From Nitrospirales bacterium (GTDB lineage: Bacteria; Nitrospirota; Nitrospiria; Nitrospirales; UBA8639), in contig CBDCWC010000003.1 of assembly GCA_965223295.1 (NCBI GenBank), positions 1,879,552 to 1,943,551 of the forward strand: 64,000 bases of DNA, given 5' to 3'. Below, piece after piece: positions 11,777 to 22,577 of this stretch (its first letter is position 1; the number at the start of each line of letters is the position of its first letter). Under the pieces are notes generated by a model. It was not told where the DNA came from. It worked only from the letters and a program-made list of their open reading frames with translations, and did no database searches. The position numbers were made by a program, and so were the translations under genes.

Positions 11777-11965
11777 ATGGCCGCCCTATCACAACTATCA
11801 ATTATGTTAAAGCGAAGCCCTATCGGGCATCCTCAAAAAGTACGCCTTTTTTTGAAGGGATTGGGTTTGCGAAAGATTGGGCAGAGGGTCATTCGCCCCG
11901 ATACGGACCAAGTTCGAGGTTTGGTCACAAAGGTTCGGCATATGGTTGAGGTTTCAAACACATGA
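11777..11965 (+). CDS. rpmD: 50S ribosomal protein L30
   Basis: RSPIG, LGLRKIG, KVRHMVEV; position. Confidence 0.95.
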   Translation: MAALSQLSIMLKRSPIGHPQKVRLFLKGLGLRKIGQRVIRPDTDQVRGLVTKVRHMVEVSNT

Positions 11966-12411
11966 AGCTTCATGACTTACATCCTTCGCCTGGTTCCAAA
12001 ACAAAAAAGAAACGTCTGGGGCGTGGTCCGGGGTCCGGGCGTGGAAAAACTTCTGGCAAGGGGCATAAAGGATTGCTGGCCCGCTCTGGCCGTGCTAATC
12101 AAATTGGTTTTGAGGGAGGGCAAATGCCTTTGGCCCGCCGGTTGCCGAAGCGGGGATTTACCAATACGTTTCGAATTGATTATACGGTTGTTAATATTCA
12201 AACCCTTTCGGCTTACGAAAAAGTCACTGATTTTACGACAACTGTCTTGAGGGAATTAGGTCTTTTGAAGGGAAGAAATACGCGAGTCAAGATTCTTGGT
12301 GAAGGTGATATAGCCAGACCTATTGTGGTCGAAGCCCATAAATTTAGTGAATCTGCCATTCAGAAAATTGAAAAGGTCGGTGGGCAAGCCAAGGTGATTG
12401 GCCGTGCTTGA
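11962..12411 (+). CDS. rplO: 50S ribosomal protein L15
   Basis: [37 protein letters not shown]. Confidence 0.98.
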   Translation: MKLHDLHPSPGSKTKKKRLGRGPGSGRGKTSGKGHKGLLARSGRANQIGFEGGQMPLARRLPKRGFTNTFRIDYTVVNIQTLSAYEKVTDFTTTVLRELGLLKGRNTRVKILGEGDIARPIVVEAHKFSESAIQKIEKVGGQAKVIGRA

Positions 12412-13717
12412 ACGGCTTGCGACAAGCCTTCAAAATATTTTTAAAATTCCCGAGTTGCGCAGCCGGGTACTGTTTACCTTGGCTATGTTGGCGGTCTACA
12501 GGGTTGGGGCCCATATCCCTACTCCTGGGATCAATAACGAAGAGCTTTTTAAATTTTTGACAGAACGTGGGGGAGCCCTCATGGGCTTCCTGGATATTTT
12601 TTCTGGAGGGGCATTATCACGGCTGACGATTTTTGCGCTGGGCATCATGCCCTATATCAGTGCTTCTATTATCTTGCAACTGCTGACGGTTGTTGTCCCG
12701 CATTTATCGAAATTAGCAAAGGAAGGTGAACGAGGCAGAAAGACCATCATCCAATATACTCGTTATGGAACGATTGTCATTGCCTTTATCCAGGGTTTCG
12801 GTATTGCCCTTGGCCTTGAAGGCATGAACGAAGGAGCGTTCGTTCTGGAACACGGGTGGGGTTTCCGGTTCATGACTGTCATTACCTTAGTGGCTGGGAC
12901 GGCCTTCCTCATGTGGTTAGGGGAACAAATTACCGAACGAGGTGTTGGTAATGGAATTTCGCTGATTATTTTTTCAGGCATCGTCGCCAGCCTTCCCAGT
13001 GCTATTGTCCAAACGTTTGAATTATATAAAGTTGGACAAATTAGCCTGCTACTCTTAATTGTTCTTGGGGTGGTCATGCTGGCCGTCATGGCGGCCATAG
13101 TCTTTTTAGAAAGCGGTCGGCGGAAAATTGCGGTGCAGTATGCCAAACGGGTGGTTGGGCGTCGTGTGTATGGAGGACAAAATACCCATATTCCTTTAAA
13201 AATTAACACAGCCGGGGTCATTCCCCCTATTTTTGCTTCTTCAATTATTGCGTTTCCGGCAACCATTACAAGTTTTATTCAGGTGCCGTGGGTGCAGTCA
13301 TTTGGAGCACAATTAGCCCCAGGTTCGTTGCTGTATACGATGATGTATGTCGGGCTGATTATTTTCTTTTGTTTCTTTTACACGGCTGTAGTGTTAAATC
13401 CCGTCGATATGGCTGACAACATGAAGAAATATGGCGGCTTCATTCCTGGCATTCGGCCAGGGCAGAAGACGGCTGATTTTATTTATAAGGTGTTAACCAG
13501 AATTACGTTTGCCGGAGCGATCTATCTGGCGATTGTGTGCGTCATACCGGAATTGTTGATCTATAAATTGAATATGCCGTTTTACTTTGGTGGAACGTCG
13601 TTATTGATTGTAATTGGGGTAGGCCTGGATACGGCTCAGCAAATTGAGAATCATATGCTAATGCGTAACTATGATGGATTTCTTGGCAAAGGCCCGTTAA
13701 AAGGAAGAAGTGGCTAG
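12398..13717 (+). CDS. secY: Preprotein translocase subunit SecY
   Basis: FALGIMPYISASII, GVGNGISLIIF, FIPGIRPG; multiple TM helices. Confidence 0.98.
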   Translation: MAVLERLATSLQNIFKIPELRSRVLFTLAMLAVYRVGAHIPTPGINNEELFKFLTERGGALMGFLDIFSGGALSRLTIFALGIMPYISASIILQLLTVVVPHLSKLAKEGERGRKTIIQYTRYGTIVIAFIQGFGIALGLEGMNEGAFVLEHGWGFRFMTVITLVAGTAFLMWLGEQITERGVGNGISLIIFSGIVASLPSAIVQTFELYKVGQISLLLLIVLGVVMLAVMAAIVFLESGRRKIAVQYAKRVVGRRVYGGQNTHIPLKINTAGVIPPIFASSIIAFPATITSFIQVPWVQSFGAQLAPGSLLYTMMYVGLIIFFCFFYTAVVLNPVDMADNMKKYGGFIPGIRPGQKTADFIYKVLTRITFAGAIYLAIVCVIPELLIYKLNMPFYFGGTSLLIVIGVGLDTAQQIENHMLMRNYDGFLGKGPLKGRSG

Positions 13718-13720
13718 CGT

Positions 13721-14377
13721 ATGAGGGTCATTTTTCTTGGGCCTCCTGGAGTGGGTAAAGGCACACAGGCCGACTTTATTGCGCAAAAGTACGAGATATC
13801 GAAGTTGTCGACCGGGGATTTACTTCGAGAAAGTGTGGCTAAGGGAACTGCATTAGGCCAAGAAGCCAAAGGTTTTATGACTCGAGGTGAATTGGTGCCA
13901 GATGCTGTTGTTATTGGTTTGGTTGAGCAAAAGCTTAGCTCCAAAGAATGTGAAAATGGATTTCTTCTTGATGGATTTCCTCGGACTGTGGCGCAGGCTG
14001 ATCAGCTGTCCTCTTTTTTATCTTCGTCGGGAAAGGACCTCGATCGCGTAGTGTATTTTTCCCTGTCTCAGGATGAGATTGTACGCCGAATTAGCGGGCG
14101 ACGGAGTTGTCCGGAATGTAAAGCGGTGTATCACCTTGAATCTGTCCCGCCAAAACAGGATGGGGTGTGTGATGTCTGCGGAACGTCTTTGGTGCAACGC
14201 AATGATGATAAACCCGAAACTATTGAATCACGCTTGGCGGTCTATCAAGAGCAAACGGCTCCCTTGATTGAGTATTACAAGAAACAACATGTTCTGAGTG
14301 AATTGGATGGTGCAGGTTTGGTGGCCGATGTGCAAAAACGGCTAGTGGCTCTTTTGGCACAGCCAAGAGTAGAATGA
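13721..14377 (+). CDS. adk: Adenylate kinase with zinc lid
   Basis: GPPGVGKGTQA, LDGFPRT, CxxC...CxxC lid. Confidence 0.97.
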   Translation: MRVIFLGPPGVGKGTQADFIAQKYEISKLSTGDLLRESVAKGTALGQEAKGFMTRGELVPDAVVIGLVEQKLSSKECENGFLLDGFPRTVAQADQLSSFLSSSGKDLDRVVYFSLSQDEIVRRISGRRSCPECKAVYHLESVPPKQDGVCDVCGTSLVQRNDDKPETIESRLAVYQEQTAPLIEYYKKQHVLSELDGAGLVADVQKRLVALLAQPRVE

Positions 14378-15126
14378 TTATTCTTAAAACGCTTGAAGAA
14401 ATTGAACTAATTGCTCAAGCCAGTAAAATTGTTGCTGAATGTCATAAAGTTTTGATCCAAGAAGTAAAGCCAGGAATGACCACATTGGATTTAGATGCCT
14501 TAACAGAAACATGTATTCGTGATTTTGGCGCAACACCCGCGTTTAAAGGCTATCGAAACTATCCAAAGACTTTGTGTGCCTCGGTAAATGAGCAGGTTGT
14601 CCATGGTATACCGTCGAAGCGGGTTCTGAAGGATGGCGATATTATTGGCTTGGATGTTGGGGCTATTGTTGAAGGATTTTATGGCGATGGGGCGGTGACG
14701 GTATCAGTTGGAGAAGTTCAACCTCCCATTCGCCAATTAATCCAAGTCACGCAAGAGTCGTTGTCAAAAGGATTAGAACAAGCAAGGGTGGGAAAGCGAC
14801 TGTCTGATATTTCTGCAGCCATACAGGCGCATGTTGAGCGACATGGGTTTTCGGTTGTGCGTGACTTTGTTGGGCATGGGATAGGCCGTCAGTTGCATGA
14901 AGAGCCGCAAGTGCCCAATTATGGAAAGCCCGGGCAAGGTCCTCGGTTGAAAGCCGGTATGGCTCTGGCTATTGAGCCGATGGTGAACATGGGAGAGGCT
15001 GGAGTGAAAGTTTTGAATGATGGGTGGACTGCTGTGACGAGTGATGGGTCACTTTCAGCCCATTTCGAGCACACGATTGCAATTGAGCCGTCAGGGCCTC
15101 CACGGGTTCTGACCGCGTCTGCCTAA
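14374..15126 (+). CDS. map: Methionine aminopeptidase type I
   Basis: VVHGIP, GHGIG, HEEP, SAHFEHT. Confidence 0.97.
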   Translation: MIILKTLEEIELIAQASKIVAECHKVLIQEVKPGMTTLDLDALTETCIRDFGATPAFKGYRNYPKTLCASVNEQVVHGIPSKRVLKDGDIIGLDVGAIVEGFYGDGAVTVSVGEVQPPIRQLIQVTQESLSKGLEQARVGKRLSDISAAIQAHVERHGFSVVRDFVGHGIGRQLHEEPQVPNYGKPGQGPRLKAGMALAIEPMVNMGEAGVKVLNDGWTAVTSDGSLSAHFEHTIAIEPSGPPRVLTASA

Positions 15127-15149
15127 AAGGGGCAAGAGGTGCCAGTCTG

Positions 15150-15368
15150 ATGGGTAAAGAAGATATCATTGAAGTGCAGGGATCAGTCACGGAAACGTTA
15201 CCGAATGCCATGTTTCGTGTGCAACTTGAGAATGGGCATAAACTGTTAGCTCATATTTCAGGTAAAATGCGTATGCATTTTATTCGTATTTTGCCTGGAG
15301 ATAAGGTCACCGTAGAAATGTCTCCCTATGATCTGACACGTGGGCGGATTACGTATCGTTTTAAATAG
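15150..15368 (+). CDS. infA: Translation initiation factor IF-1
   Basis: [25 protein letters not shown]. Confidence 0.98.
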   Translation: MGKEDIIEVQGSVTETLPNAMFRVQLENGHKLLAHISGKMRMHFIRILPGDKVTVEMSPYDLTRGRITYRFK

Positions 15369-15379
15369 AAGGTGATGTC

Positions 15380-15493
15380 GTGAAAGTGAAGTCATCAGTG
15401 AAGCCGATTTGTGCTAAATGCAGTGTGATCCGGCGAAAAGGTGTTGTCCGGGTACTCTGTTCTAATCCTCGGCATAAACAGCGCCAAGGTTGA
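15380..15493 (+). CDS. rpmJ: 50S ribosomal protein L36 (below the ORF-track cutoff)
   Basis: Hand translation from [40 protein letters not shown]-stop. Confidence 0.97.
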   Translation: MKVKSSVKPICAKCSVIRRKGVVRVLCSNPRHKQRQG

Positions 15494-15550
15494 GAAGCCC
15501 TTTTAGGCAAAGACAATTAAAGACATGCCTTTAACAAAGGATTAAGAATC

Positions 15551-15922
15551 ATGGCTCGTATTGCAGGTGTAGAACTTCCAGTTGGGAAGCGCGTTGACGT
15601 GGGTTTGACCTATATTTTTGGCATTGGTCCGGCTCGAGCTGCCGAAATTTTACGGAAAACAGGTGTGGCGTTTGATACCAGGATCAAAGATCTCCAGGAA
15701 GATGAAATTGTAAAGTTACGCGAAGCCATCGATCAAGATCACGAGGTCGAAGGGGATCTTCGCAAAGAAGTTTCGATGAGCATTAAACGACTAATGGACA
15801 TCGGAACGTATCGTGGGCTTCGACATCGGAAGGGACTTCCAGCTAGGGGACAACGGACGAAGACCAATGCTCGGACAAGAAAAGGCCGTCGAGGAGCTAT
15901 TGGTGGAAAGACGAAACGCTAA
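15551..15922 (+). CDS. rpsM: 30S ribosomal protein S13
   Basis: [33 protein letters not shown]. Confidence 0.98.
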   Translation: MARIAGVELPVGKRVDVGLTYIFGIGPARAAEILRKTGVAFDTRIKDLQEDEIVKLREAIDQDHEVEGDLRKEVSMSIKRLMDIGTYRGLRHRKGLPARGQRTKTNARTRKGRRGAIGGKTKR

Positions 15923-15944
15923 AGCCGGGTGAAAGGGATAGTTC

Positions 15945-16328
15945 ATGAGTGTGAAAAAGGGGAAAAAAAGAGAACGAAAAGTTGTGCAAGTTGGTATTGT
16001 TCACATTATGGCATCGTTTAATAACACCATTGTGACGATTACGGATATGTCCGGAGGGGCTGTCTCTTGGGCAAGTGCTGGGAGTCAGGGATTTAAGGGG
16101 TCAAGAAAAAGTACTCCGTTTGCGGCAACTCGCGCTGGAGAAGTTGCTGCCAAAAAAGCCATGGAATTTGGGCTTCGTCAAGTTGATGTGTATGTCAATG
16201 GTCCAGGTTCCGGACGCGAGGCAGCCGTCCGTGCCTTGCAGTCTGTTGGCTTACGTGTGAATTTAATACGAGATGTGACACCGATTCCTCATAATGGCTG
16301 TCGGCCTCCAAAGCGGCGACGAGTCTAG
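15945..16328 (+). CDS. rpsK: 30S ribosomal protein S11
   Basis: [37 protein letters not shown]. Confidence 0.98.
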   Translation: MSVKKGKKRERKVVQVGIVHIMASFNNTIVTITDMSGGAVSWASAGSQGFKGSRKSTPFAATRAGEVAAKKAMEFGLRQVDVYVNGPGSGREAAVRALQSVGLRVNLIRDVTPIPHNGCRPPKRRRV

Positions 16329-16394
16329 ACCATTCAGCAATGATACATACAGCAAGTCAATTATCTAGGATTTTGAGATAGGGGGAGAACGGGT

Positions 16395-17024
16395 ATGGCC
16401 AAATATACTGGGCCTGTCTGTCGGTTATGTCGACGTGAAGGTGTCAAGTTATTTCTCAAAGGCATTAGGTGTATGTCTGAAAAGTGCGCGATTGAGCGTC
16501 GGAGTTACCCACCTGGCCAGCATGGGCAATCCCGGAGAACTCGAGCGACCGAGTATGGAACACAGCTGAGAGAAAAGCAAAAGCTTCGACGCGTGTATGG
16601 TATGCAAGAGCGTCAATTTCTGAAAACCTATCATCTGGCTGTCCGTCGAAAAGGTGTCACAGGCGAACATTTGTTAAGCCTTCTTGAGCGACGTCTTGAC
16701 AACGTGGTGTATCGTCTTGGTTTTGCGGCCTCTCGTGGACAAGCACGGCAGCTGGTCAATCATGGCCATTTGTTGGTGAATGGGCGAAAAGTCACGATTC
16801 CTTCCATGACCATGAATGTTGGTGATTTAGTGGAAGTGCGAGAGAAAAGTCGTCAGCTGGTTCCTGTCCAAGCTGCTCTTGAGGTGGCTGAGGGGCGAGG
16901 GGTTCCTAACTGGTTGGACGTGGAACGCAATGTGTTAAAAGGGACCATCCAAGCTCTACCCACGAAGGAAGACATTGATGTGTTGGTGAATGAACAAGTC
17001 GTGGTGGAGTTGTATTCACGCTAA
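16395..17024 (+). CDS. rpsD: 30S ribosomal protein S4
   Basis: [34 protein letters not shown]. Confidence 0.98.
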   Translation: MAKYTGPVCRLCRREGVKLFLKGIRCMSEKCAIERRSYPPGQHGQSRRTRATEYGTQLREKQKLRRVYGMQERQFLKTYHLAVRRKGVTGEHLLSLLERRLDNVVYRLGFAASRGQARQLVNHGHLLVNGRKVTIPSMTMNVGDLVEVREKSRQLVPVQAALEVAEGRGVPNWLDVERNVLKGTIQALPTKEDIDVLVNEQVVVELYSR

Positions 17025-17120
17025 ATGAATGGAATAGTTTATGAGCAGCGATAATGATACAGAGGCATCGGGCCAGGCAATGTCCCAGCATTGGGATCAA
17101 GAAAGGGAGACGCGGTCCTT

Positions 17121-18107
17121 ATGATTAAAAGCATGAAGGATTTCCAACTACCCACGAAGCTGGAATTGGAAAAAGATACGGCTTCGTCCACGTATGGCAA
17201 ATTCATTGCTGAACCCTTTGAGCGGGGGTTTGGGACGACAATCGGGAATGCGCTTCGCCGGGTGCTACTTTCATCGCTTCCTGGCGCAGCCGTGACTTCA
17301 GTAAAGATTGAGGGAGTGTTCCATGAATTTTCCACAATTCCGGGTGTGACGGAGGATGTCACGATCCTGATTCTCAATATTAAGGGATTGCGGTTACGGT
17401 TATATTCTGAAAAGGCCAAGGCGATACGCATGAAAAAGAAAGGTCCTGGAGAAGTGAAGGCTGGGGACCTTGCGGTAGACTCGGAAGTCACCATTTTAAA
17501 TCCTGATCTGCATATTGCGACCTTGGATAAAGATGGGGTGTTGGACATGGAGCTGATCGTGAAGCCTGGGCGCGGGTATGTTCCGGCTGAACGTAACAAA
17601 GAAGAGGGGCTTCCTATTGGAGTCATTCCGGTGGATTCAGTGTTTTCTCCTATTAAACGTGTGAATTTTAGTGTCGAGAGTGCGCGTGTGGGCCGAATAA
17701 CGGATTATGACAAGTTACTTCTTGAAGTATGGACGGATGATAGTATTAGCCCACAAGAAGCGGTCACGGCAGCTGGAAGTATTTTGCGAGATCATTTAGA
17801 TATTTGTCTTCCAGCAGAGGATTCTGGGGAACCAGTTCAAGAAGATAGTAGCGAGGAGGCCAAGTCTCAAGTCAATCAACACTTGTTCCGGAGTGTCAAT
17901 GAGTTGGAGCTCTCGGTTCGTGCAGCTAATTGTCTGAAAAACGCTAACATTAAAAGTATCGGAGAGTTGGTGCAACGAAGTGAAAATGAGATGCTCAAAA
18001 CCAAGAATTTTGGGAAAAAGTCTCTAAATGAGATCAAAGAGGTACTGGCAGAAATGGGGTTGGAATTAGGTACGAAAGTGAATGAAATCGTGGAATCCCA
18101 ATCCTGA
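17121..18107 (+). CDS. rpoA: RNA polymerase alpha subunit
   Basis: [36 protein letters not shown] at 17121 preferred. Confidence 0.98.
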   Translation: MIKSMKDFQLPTKLELEKDTASSTYGKFIAEPFERGFGTTIGNALRRVLLSSLPGAAVTSVKIEGVFHEFSTIPGVTEDVTILILNIKGLRLRLYSEKAKAIRMKKKGPGEVKAGDLAVDSEVTILNPDLHIATLDKDGVLDMELIVKPGRGYVPAERNKEEGLPIGVIPVDSVFSPIKRVNFSVESARVGRITDYDKLLLEVWTDDSISPQEAVTAAGSILRDHLDICLPAEDSGEPVQEDSSEEAKSQVNQHLFRSVNELELSVRAANCLKNANIKSIGELVQRSENEMLKTKNFGKKSLNEIKEVLAEMGLELGTKVNEIVESQS

Positions 18108-18130
18108 AATTTGCAAAGGATGGTGGTGTC

Positions 18131-18532
18131 GTGCGTCATAGAAAACGTGGAAGACAATTAGGACGTAATACAAAGCATCGCCTAGCGGTGTTTCGAAATT
18201 TGGCGACCTCACTGGTCGAGCATGAGCGAATTGAAACAACAGAAGCGAAAGCCAAAGAATTGCGTGGAATCACAGACCGGCTGATTACACTTGGCAAACA
18301 GGGCACGCTCCATGCTCGGCGAGGTGCGTTGCGAGTATTGCGAACGAAAGATGCCGTTTCAAAGCTCTTTGATGATGTGGCTAAACGGTTTCCAGATCGT
18401 CATGGAGGTTATACCCGCATCATCAAGACCAGGCAACGTCCTGGAGATGCGGCAAAGTTAGTGGCTATTGAATTGGTCGAATCTGGTGGCGAATCTCAGT
18501 CGTCATCTGTGACAACAGAGTCTCAAGAGTAG
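18131..18532 (+). CDS. rplQ: 50S ribosomal protein L17
   Basis: [24 protein letters not shown]. Confidence 0.98.
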   Translation: MRHRKRGRQLGRNTKHRLAVFRNLATSLVEHERIETTEAKAKELRGITDRLITLGKQGTLHARRGALRVLRTKDAVSKLFDDVAKRFPDRHGGYTRIIKTRQRPGDAAKLVAIELVESGGESQSSSVTTESQE

Positions 18533-18712
18533 AACAGATTAGTATATTACGTTCTATTTTTCATCTCTCAGATATTCCTTCTCCTCTCGCGGTCGCTCGT
18601 CGTCTTTGTGCTAACCGGCTGAGTCGCTCATTTACTTGCTAAAGGCCCTGTGCTAACATTTTTACTGGGTTTTTTTGCTCTGGTCTTTTCATTTTCTTGA
18701 GACTGAGCCACG

Positions 18713-19291
18713 ATGAAAACCTATATTGTACGAATTGTGCTCACAATGATCATCATTGTGATGGCCGTGTTTATTGGACTTAGAGTCTTTACTCACATGC
18801 AAACAAGGAGCCAGGCAACAGCTTCAGTGCCTTTGCAGGAGCAGCAGGGAGCAGATGCCTGGATCCAAGGATTTTCCTATCGCCAAACTCGATCGGGTAC
18901 TACGAAATGGGTTGTCACGGCTGACCAGGCCCAAGTCTTCGAAAAAGAACATACCGCCAAATTGCAAACTGTGAGAGTTCAATTATTTGATAAGGCCTTT
19001 CAAAAAGAGCTGCTACTGATTACATCTCAAGAAGGTGTCATGAACACATCGAATAATGATTTTGATTTGATCAGCCAAGATGAAAAAACGGTGATGACCT
19101 TTGAGTCGGGATACCAAGTGTTTTCAGATAGGCTGACGTGGAAGGAAGCTGAGGGTCAAATAGAAACGGAAGATCCCGTTGTGATCAAAGGAAATGGGCT
19201 AGTGCTTAGTGGAACTGGGCTTATTGGATATGCTGAGACAAACGAATTTCGATTGCTCAGCAACGTTCGTGCGGAGGTATCTTCGCCATAA
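18713..19291 (+). CDS. lptC: LPS export periplasmic protein LptC
   Basis: N-terminal TM helix, beta-rich periplasmic domain; upstream of lptA-lptB-rpoN. Confidence 0.8.
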   Translation: MKTYIVRIVLTMIIIVMAVFIGLRVFTHMQTRSQATASVPLQEQQGADAWIQGFSYRQTRSGTTKWVVTADQAQVFEKEHTAKLQTVRVQLFDKAFQKELLLITSQEGVMNTSNNDFDLISQDEKTVMTFESGYQVFSDRLTWKEAEGQIETEDPVVIKGNGLVLSGTGLIGYAETNEFRLLSNVRAEVSSP

Positions 19292-19299
19292 GACATTCG

Positions 19300-19812
19300 T
19301 TGTCAATGTATATGGGTTGGGTCTTCGCTGTCGTGGGTTTTCTCCTCACACCTGTTCTGGGGTGGGGAGGAGGGCAACAAACGACGACGGTGATTACATC
19401 GAATAGTATGACAGCGAGTAGTGAGAAAAATCAGGCAATTTTTCGTGAAAATGTGAAGATGGTTCAGGAGGACCTCGTGGTCCTTTCCGATATGATGATC
19501 GTATATTTTGAGGACGTCAATGCATCGGCTCCAGCTTCAGCTGGTCAGCCTCCTTCTCAAGCCTCACAAAAGGAAATTCTAAATATCGAAGCCAAGGGCG
19601 ATGTGAAAATTGCGAAAGGCGAAAGCCGTGCAAGATGCCAGCATGCCTTGTATAACAAGCAGGAAGAACGTCTTGTGCTTCGAGGGTCTCCGGTCGTTTG
19701 GCAAGATGGCACACGGGTAAGTGGACGAAAAATTACGATGTATTTGAAAGAAAATCGAAGTGTTGTTGAAGGGAATACCCGAGTGACCATCGAAGGAGAA
19801 GAGGCCAATTAG
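19300..19812 (+). CDS. lptA: LPS transport protein LptA (OstA family)
   Basis: Signal peptide, ITSNSM...IEAKGDVKI...LRGSPVVWQ; synteny. Confidence 0.85.
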   Translation: MSMYMGWVFAVVGFLLTPVLGWGGGQQTTTVITSNSMTASSEKNQAIFRENVKMVQEDLVVLSDMMIVYFEDVNASAPASAGQPPSQASQKEILNIEAKGDVKIAKGESRARCQHALYNKQEERLVLRGSPVVWQDGTRVSGRKITMYLKENRSVVEGNTRVTIEGEEAN

Positions 19813-19975
19813 GAAAGGTGACAAGAAATTCTTTGATTCTGCGTCTGCGTTTGAAATGGCACTTGAAGGATGAATCTGTAAAGAGTTTGATAGCAAGTTG
19901 CTGCATGTTTGTTTGTCAACCAGTGATTGAGGTTAATGTTCAGGTTCGTTCTGTTATGTAGGTGTAGTATTGTCT

Positions 19976-20725
19976 ATGGCTGAAGGTCAGCAACATGCTT
20001 CTCATAAAATTTCCGCAAAGGGTCTTCAAAAAAGTTTCAAAAGACGGCAAGTGGTTCGGGGTGTCAGTGTGGAATTATTGGGAGGAGAAGTGGTGGGCTT
20101 GCTTGGTCCAAATGGTGCCGGAAAGACTACGATCTTTGACATGGTGGTGGGGCTCTGTCAGCCTGATCAGGGAAGTATTTTTCTTAACCAAGACAATATT
20201 ACTCACCTTCCCATGTATAAACGTGCCAGACGCGGGATTGGGTATCTGCCCCAGGAGGCCTCAATTTTTCGGCGACTCTCGGTTGAGGATAATGTCTTGG
20301 CCGTCCTAGAAACTCTTAACCTCTCATCAGGCCAGCGCAAGTCTCGCTTGGATGCGTTATTAGAAGAACTCAATCTCTCTAGACTCCGTACGGAGGCTTC
20401 CTATACTTTGTCTGGAGGAGAGCGGCGTCGTTTAGAGATCACTCGGGCATTAGCCACTAATCCAAAATTTCTTCTCCTTGATGAGCCATTTGCCGGAATT
20501 GATCCCATTGCGGTCGGTGATATTCAAGACATTCTCACGAACTTGAAAAAGAAAGATATTGGTATCCTTATTACTGATCATAATGTCCAAGACACGCTTT
20601 CCATTACTGACCGAGCCTATATAATAAGTGATGGGACGATTTTGGAGAGCGGTGCGCCTGAAGTGATTGTACAGAGTCCGAAGGCTCGAGCCGTCTACCT
20701 CGGTGAGCGTTTTAAAATGTCTTGA
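19976..20725 (+). CDS. lptB: LPS export ABC ATPase LptB
   Basis: GPNGAGKTT, YLPQEASIFR, LSGGERRRLEI, DEPFAGIDP. Confidence 0.96.
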   Translation: MAEGQQHASHKISAKGLQKSFKRRQVVRGVSVELLGGEVVGLLGPNGAGKTTIFDMVVGLCQPDQGSIFLNQDNITHLPMYKRARRGIGYLPQEASIFRRLSVEDNVLAVLETLNLSSGQRKSRLDALLEELNLSRLRTEASYTLSGGERRRLEITRALATNPKFLLLDEPFAGIDPIAVGDIQDILTNLKKKDIGILITDHNVQDTLSITDRAYIISDGTILESGAPEVIVQSPKARAVYLGERFKMS

Positions 20726-20747
20726 TCGTTTGAGATAATTATTCCCT

Positions 20748-22265
20748 ATGGATCTTCGCTTAGATTTACGTCTCTCTCAAAAGCTGGTGATGACGCCCCA
20801 GCTGCAACAAGCTATCAAGTTGTTGCAATTGTCTCGATTGGAACTGCAACAAACGTTAGAGCAGCATTTGGTCGAGAATCCTTTGTTAGAAGACCTGGCG
20901 TTAGAAACACAAGAAGAAGAAACGGTGAGTTCTGAAGAAAGTGAAGGGCCGGTTAAAGCGACTGATGCTGAAAATAGTGAATCCGGAGAGTCTGATGATT
21001 CTCAGATACCCACGAAAGAAATTGAGCCACTGACTTCTGAAGAATGGGATAATATTTTAGGAAATGATTGGCGACCAGCTCAACGTGACCAAATAGGACC
21101 AGGAGACGAGGAATTTCCCTCGTATGAGCAGACCCTCACAAAACCCACCTCACTGGAAGAGCATTTGGAATGGCAGTTGCGGCTTTCTTCTCTGGAGGGA
21201 CCCGACCGAGATATTGCGCGACTCATCATTGGCAATTTAGATGAAGATGGATACTTACGCGTGCCGCTGGCAGAATTTCAAGATGATGCCCAATGTTCTG
21301 TTGAAAAACTGGAGGAGGTGCTCCAGCAGATTCAGACCTTTGATCCGCCAGGTGTTGCAGCGAGGGATTTACCTGAATGTTTGCTGATTCAATTAAAAAT
21401 TCTCCGTCAGGATGAGTCGGGTATTGAAAAAACATTTCCCTCAGCGTTTTCGATGGAAGTCGTGTCAGGAGTCATTCGTCACCATTTAGTGGATCTCCAG
21501 AAAAAACGATATCAAGTTGTGGCAAAGGCTTTGGATGTGACCGTGGATGAGGTGTACGAAGCTGTACATGTGATTGAAGGGTTGGAGCCCAAACCTGGTC
21601 GTCCATTTTCTATGGACAGTAACTCAATCATCATTCCTGATGTCTATGTCGTAAAATATGAGGGAGAATGGGTAGTATTATTGAATGAAGATGGACTGCC
21701 ACGGTTGAGGATTAGCCCATATTACCGACGCTTACTGTCGAATTCTGGTGAGGATGCAGGAACGACGAAAACGTATTTGGAAGAGAAGCTGAAAGGTGCA
21801 CAATGGATAATTCGAAGTATTGATCAACGGAATAAGACCATTGTCAAGGTTGTGACCAGTCTCATTAAGTTTCAAGAAGCCTTTCTTGAAAAAGGGATAC
21901 AGTATCTGCGTCCGTTGGTGTTGAAACAGGTGGCGGATGATGTCGGGATGCATGAATCTACAATTAGCCGGGTTACCACCAATAAGTATGTTCATTGTCC
22001 GCAAGGTATTTTAGAACTCAAATTCTTTTTTAATGCTGGGATCCAGCGGGCTGATAATCGTGGGGAAGATATGTCTTCCATCACCGTGCGGGAGATGATC
22101 CGCGAAATGGTGGCTCAGGAGGAAGCAAGTAGCCCATTGAAAGATCAAGAAATTGTGAGCCGGCTCAAACAGAAAAATATCTTGATTGCTCGTCGAACGG
22201 TGGCTAAATATCGTGCGGAATTGCATATTGCTTCTGCGAGTCAGCGAAAACGTATTCCCACCTAA
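20748..22265 (+). CDS. rpoN: RNA polymerase sigma-54 factor
   Basis: MTPQLQQAIKLLQL, HESTISR, RpoN box ARRTVAKYR. Confidence 0.98.
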   Translation: MDLRLDLRLSQKLVMTPQLQQAIKLLQLSRLELQQTLEQHLVENPLLEDLALETQEEETVSSEESEGPVKATDAENSESGESDDSQIPTKEIEPLTSEEWDNILGNDWRPAQRDQIGPGDEEFPSYEQTLTKPTSLEEHLEWQLRLSSLEGPDRDIARLIIGNLDEDGYLRVPLAEFQDDAQCSVEKLEEVLQQIQTFDPPGVAARDLPECLLIQLKILRQDESGIEKTFPSAFSMEVVSGVIRHHLVDLQKKRYQVVAKALDVTVDEVYEAVHVIEGLEPKPGRPFSMDSNSIIIPDVYVVKYEGEWVVLLNEDGLPRLRISPYYRRLLSNSGEDAGTTKTYLEEKLKGAQWIIRSIDQRNKTIVKVVTSLIKFQEAFLEKGIQYLRPLVLKQVADDVGMHESTISRVTTNKYVHCPQGILELKFFFNAGIQRADNRGEDMSSITVREMIREMVAQEEASSPLKDQEIVSRLKQKNILIARRTVAKYRAELHIASASQRKRIPT

Positions 22266-22343
22266 ATTAGAGTAAAATAATAGAATGCATTCATAAGTTG
22301 TGTGACGAAACAAGGATCATTCGTACATGGTAAAATCATATTC

Positions 22344-22533
22344 GGGATTGTTGAATAATGATGGTAGCAACGGCCACATTTCGTCTCTGCGACGTCACAT
22401 GTCAGAGGCTCGGGGCTGTTCAAAAGAGTCTGTCCAGCAAGGCCGCAGCCATTTTTGCGCGCGGAGCGTACTGGTCGTACGTGAGCACGGAAAAAGGGCG
22501 AGAACGCCGTTGGCGGCTTTTTTCAACAGACCA
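22344..22533 (+). mobile_element. MITE family A, copy 1
   Basis: Ends GGGATTGTTGAA...TTCAACAGACCA; shared core CCAGCAAGGCCGCAGCCATTTTTGCGCGCGGAGCGTAC; flanks TATTC/TTTTC. Confidence 0.85.
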
Positions 22534-22577
22534 TTTTCTAATGTTGGATAATTCCTTGCCGGTTCAGGTGTATTCTG

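Noticed and set aside
2161-17626. Long antisense ORFs opposite tuf, secY and rpoA
   Set aside because: Shadow frames of conserved genes with no recognisable motifs
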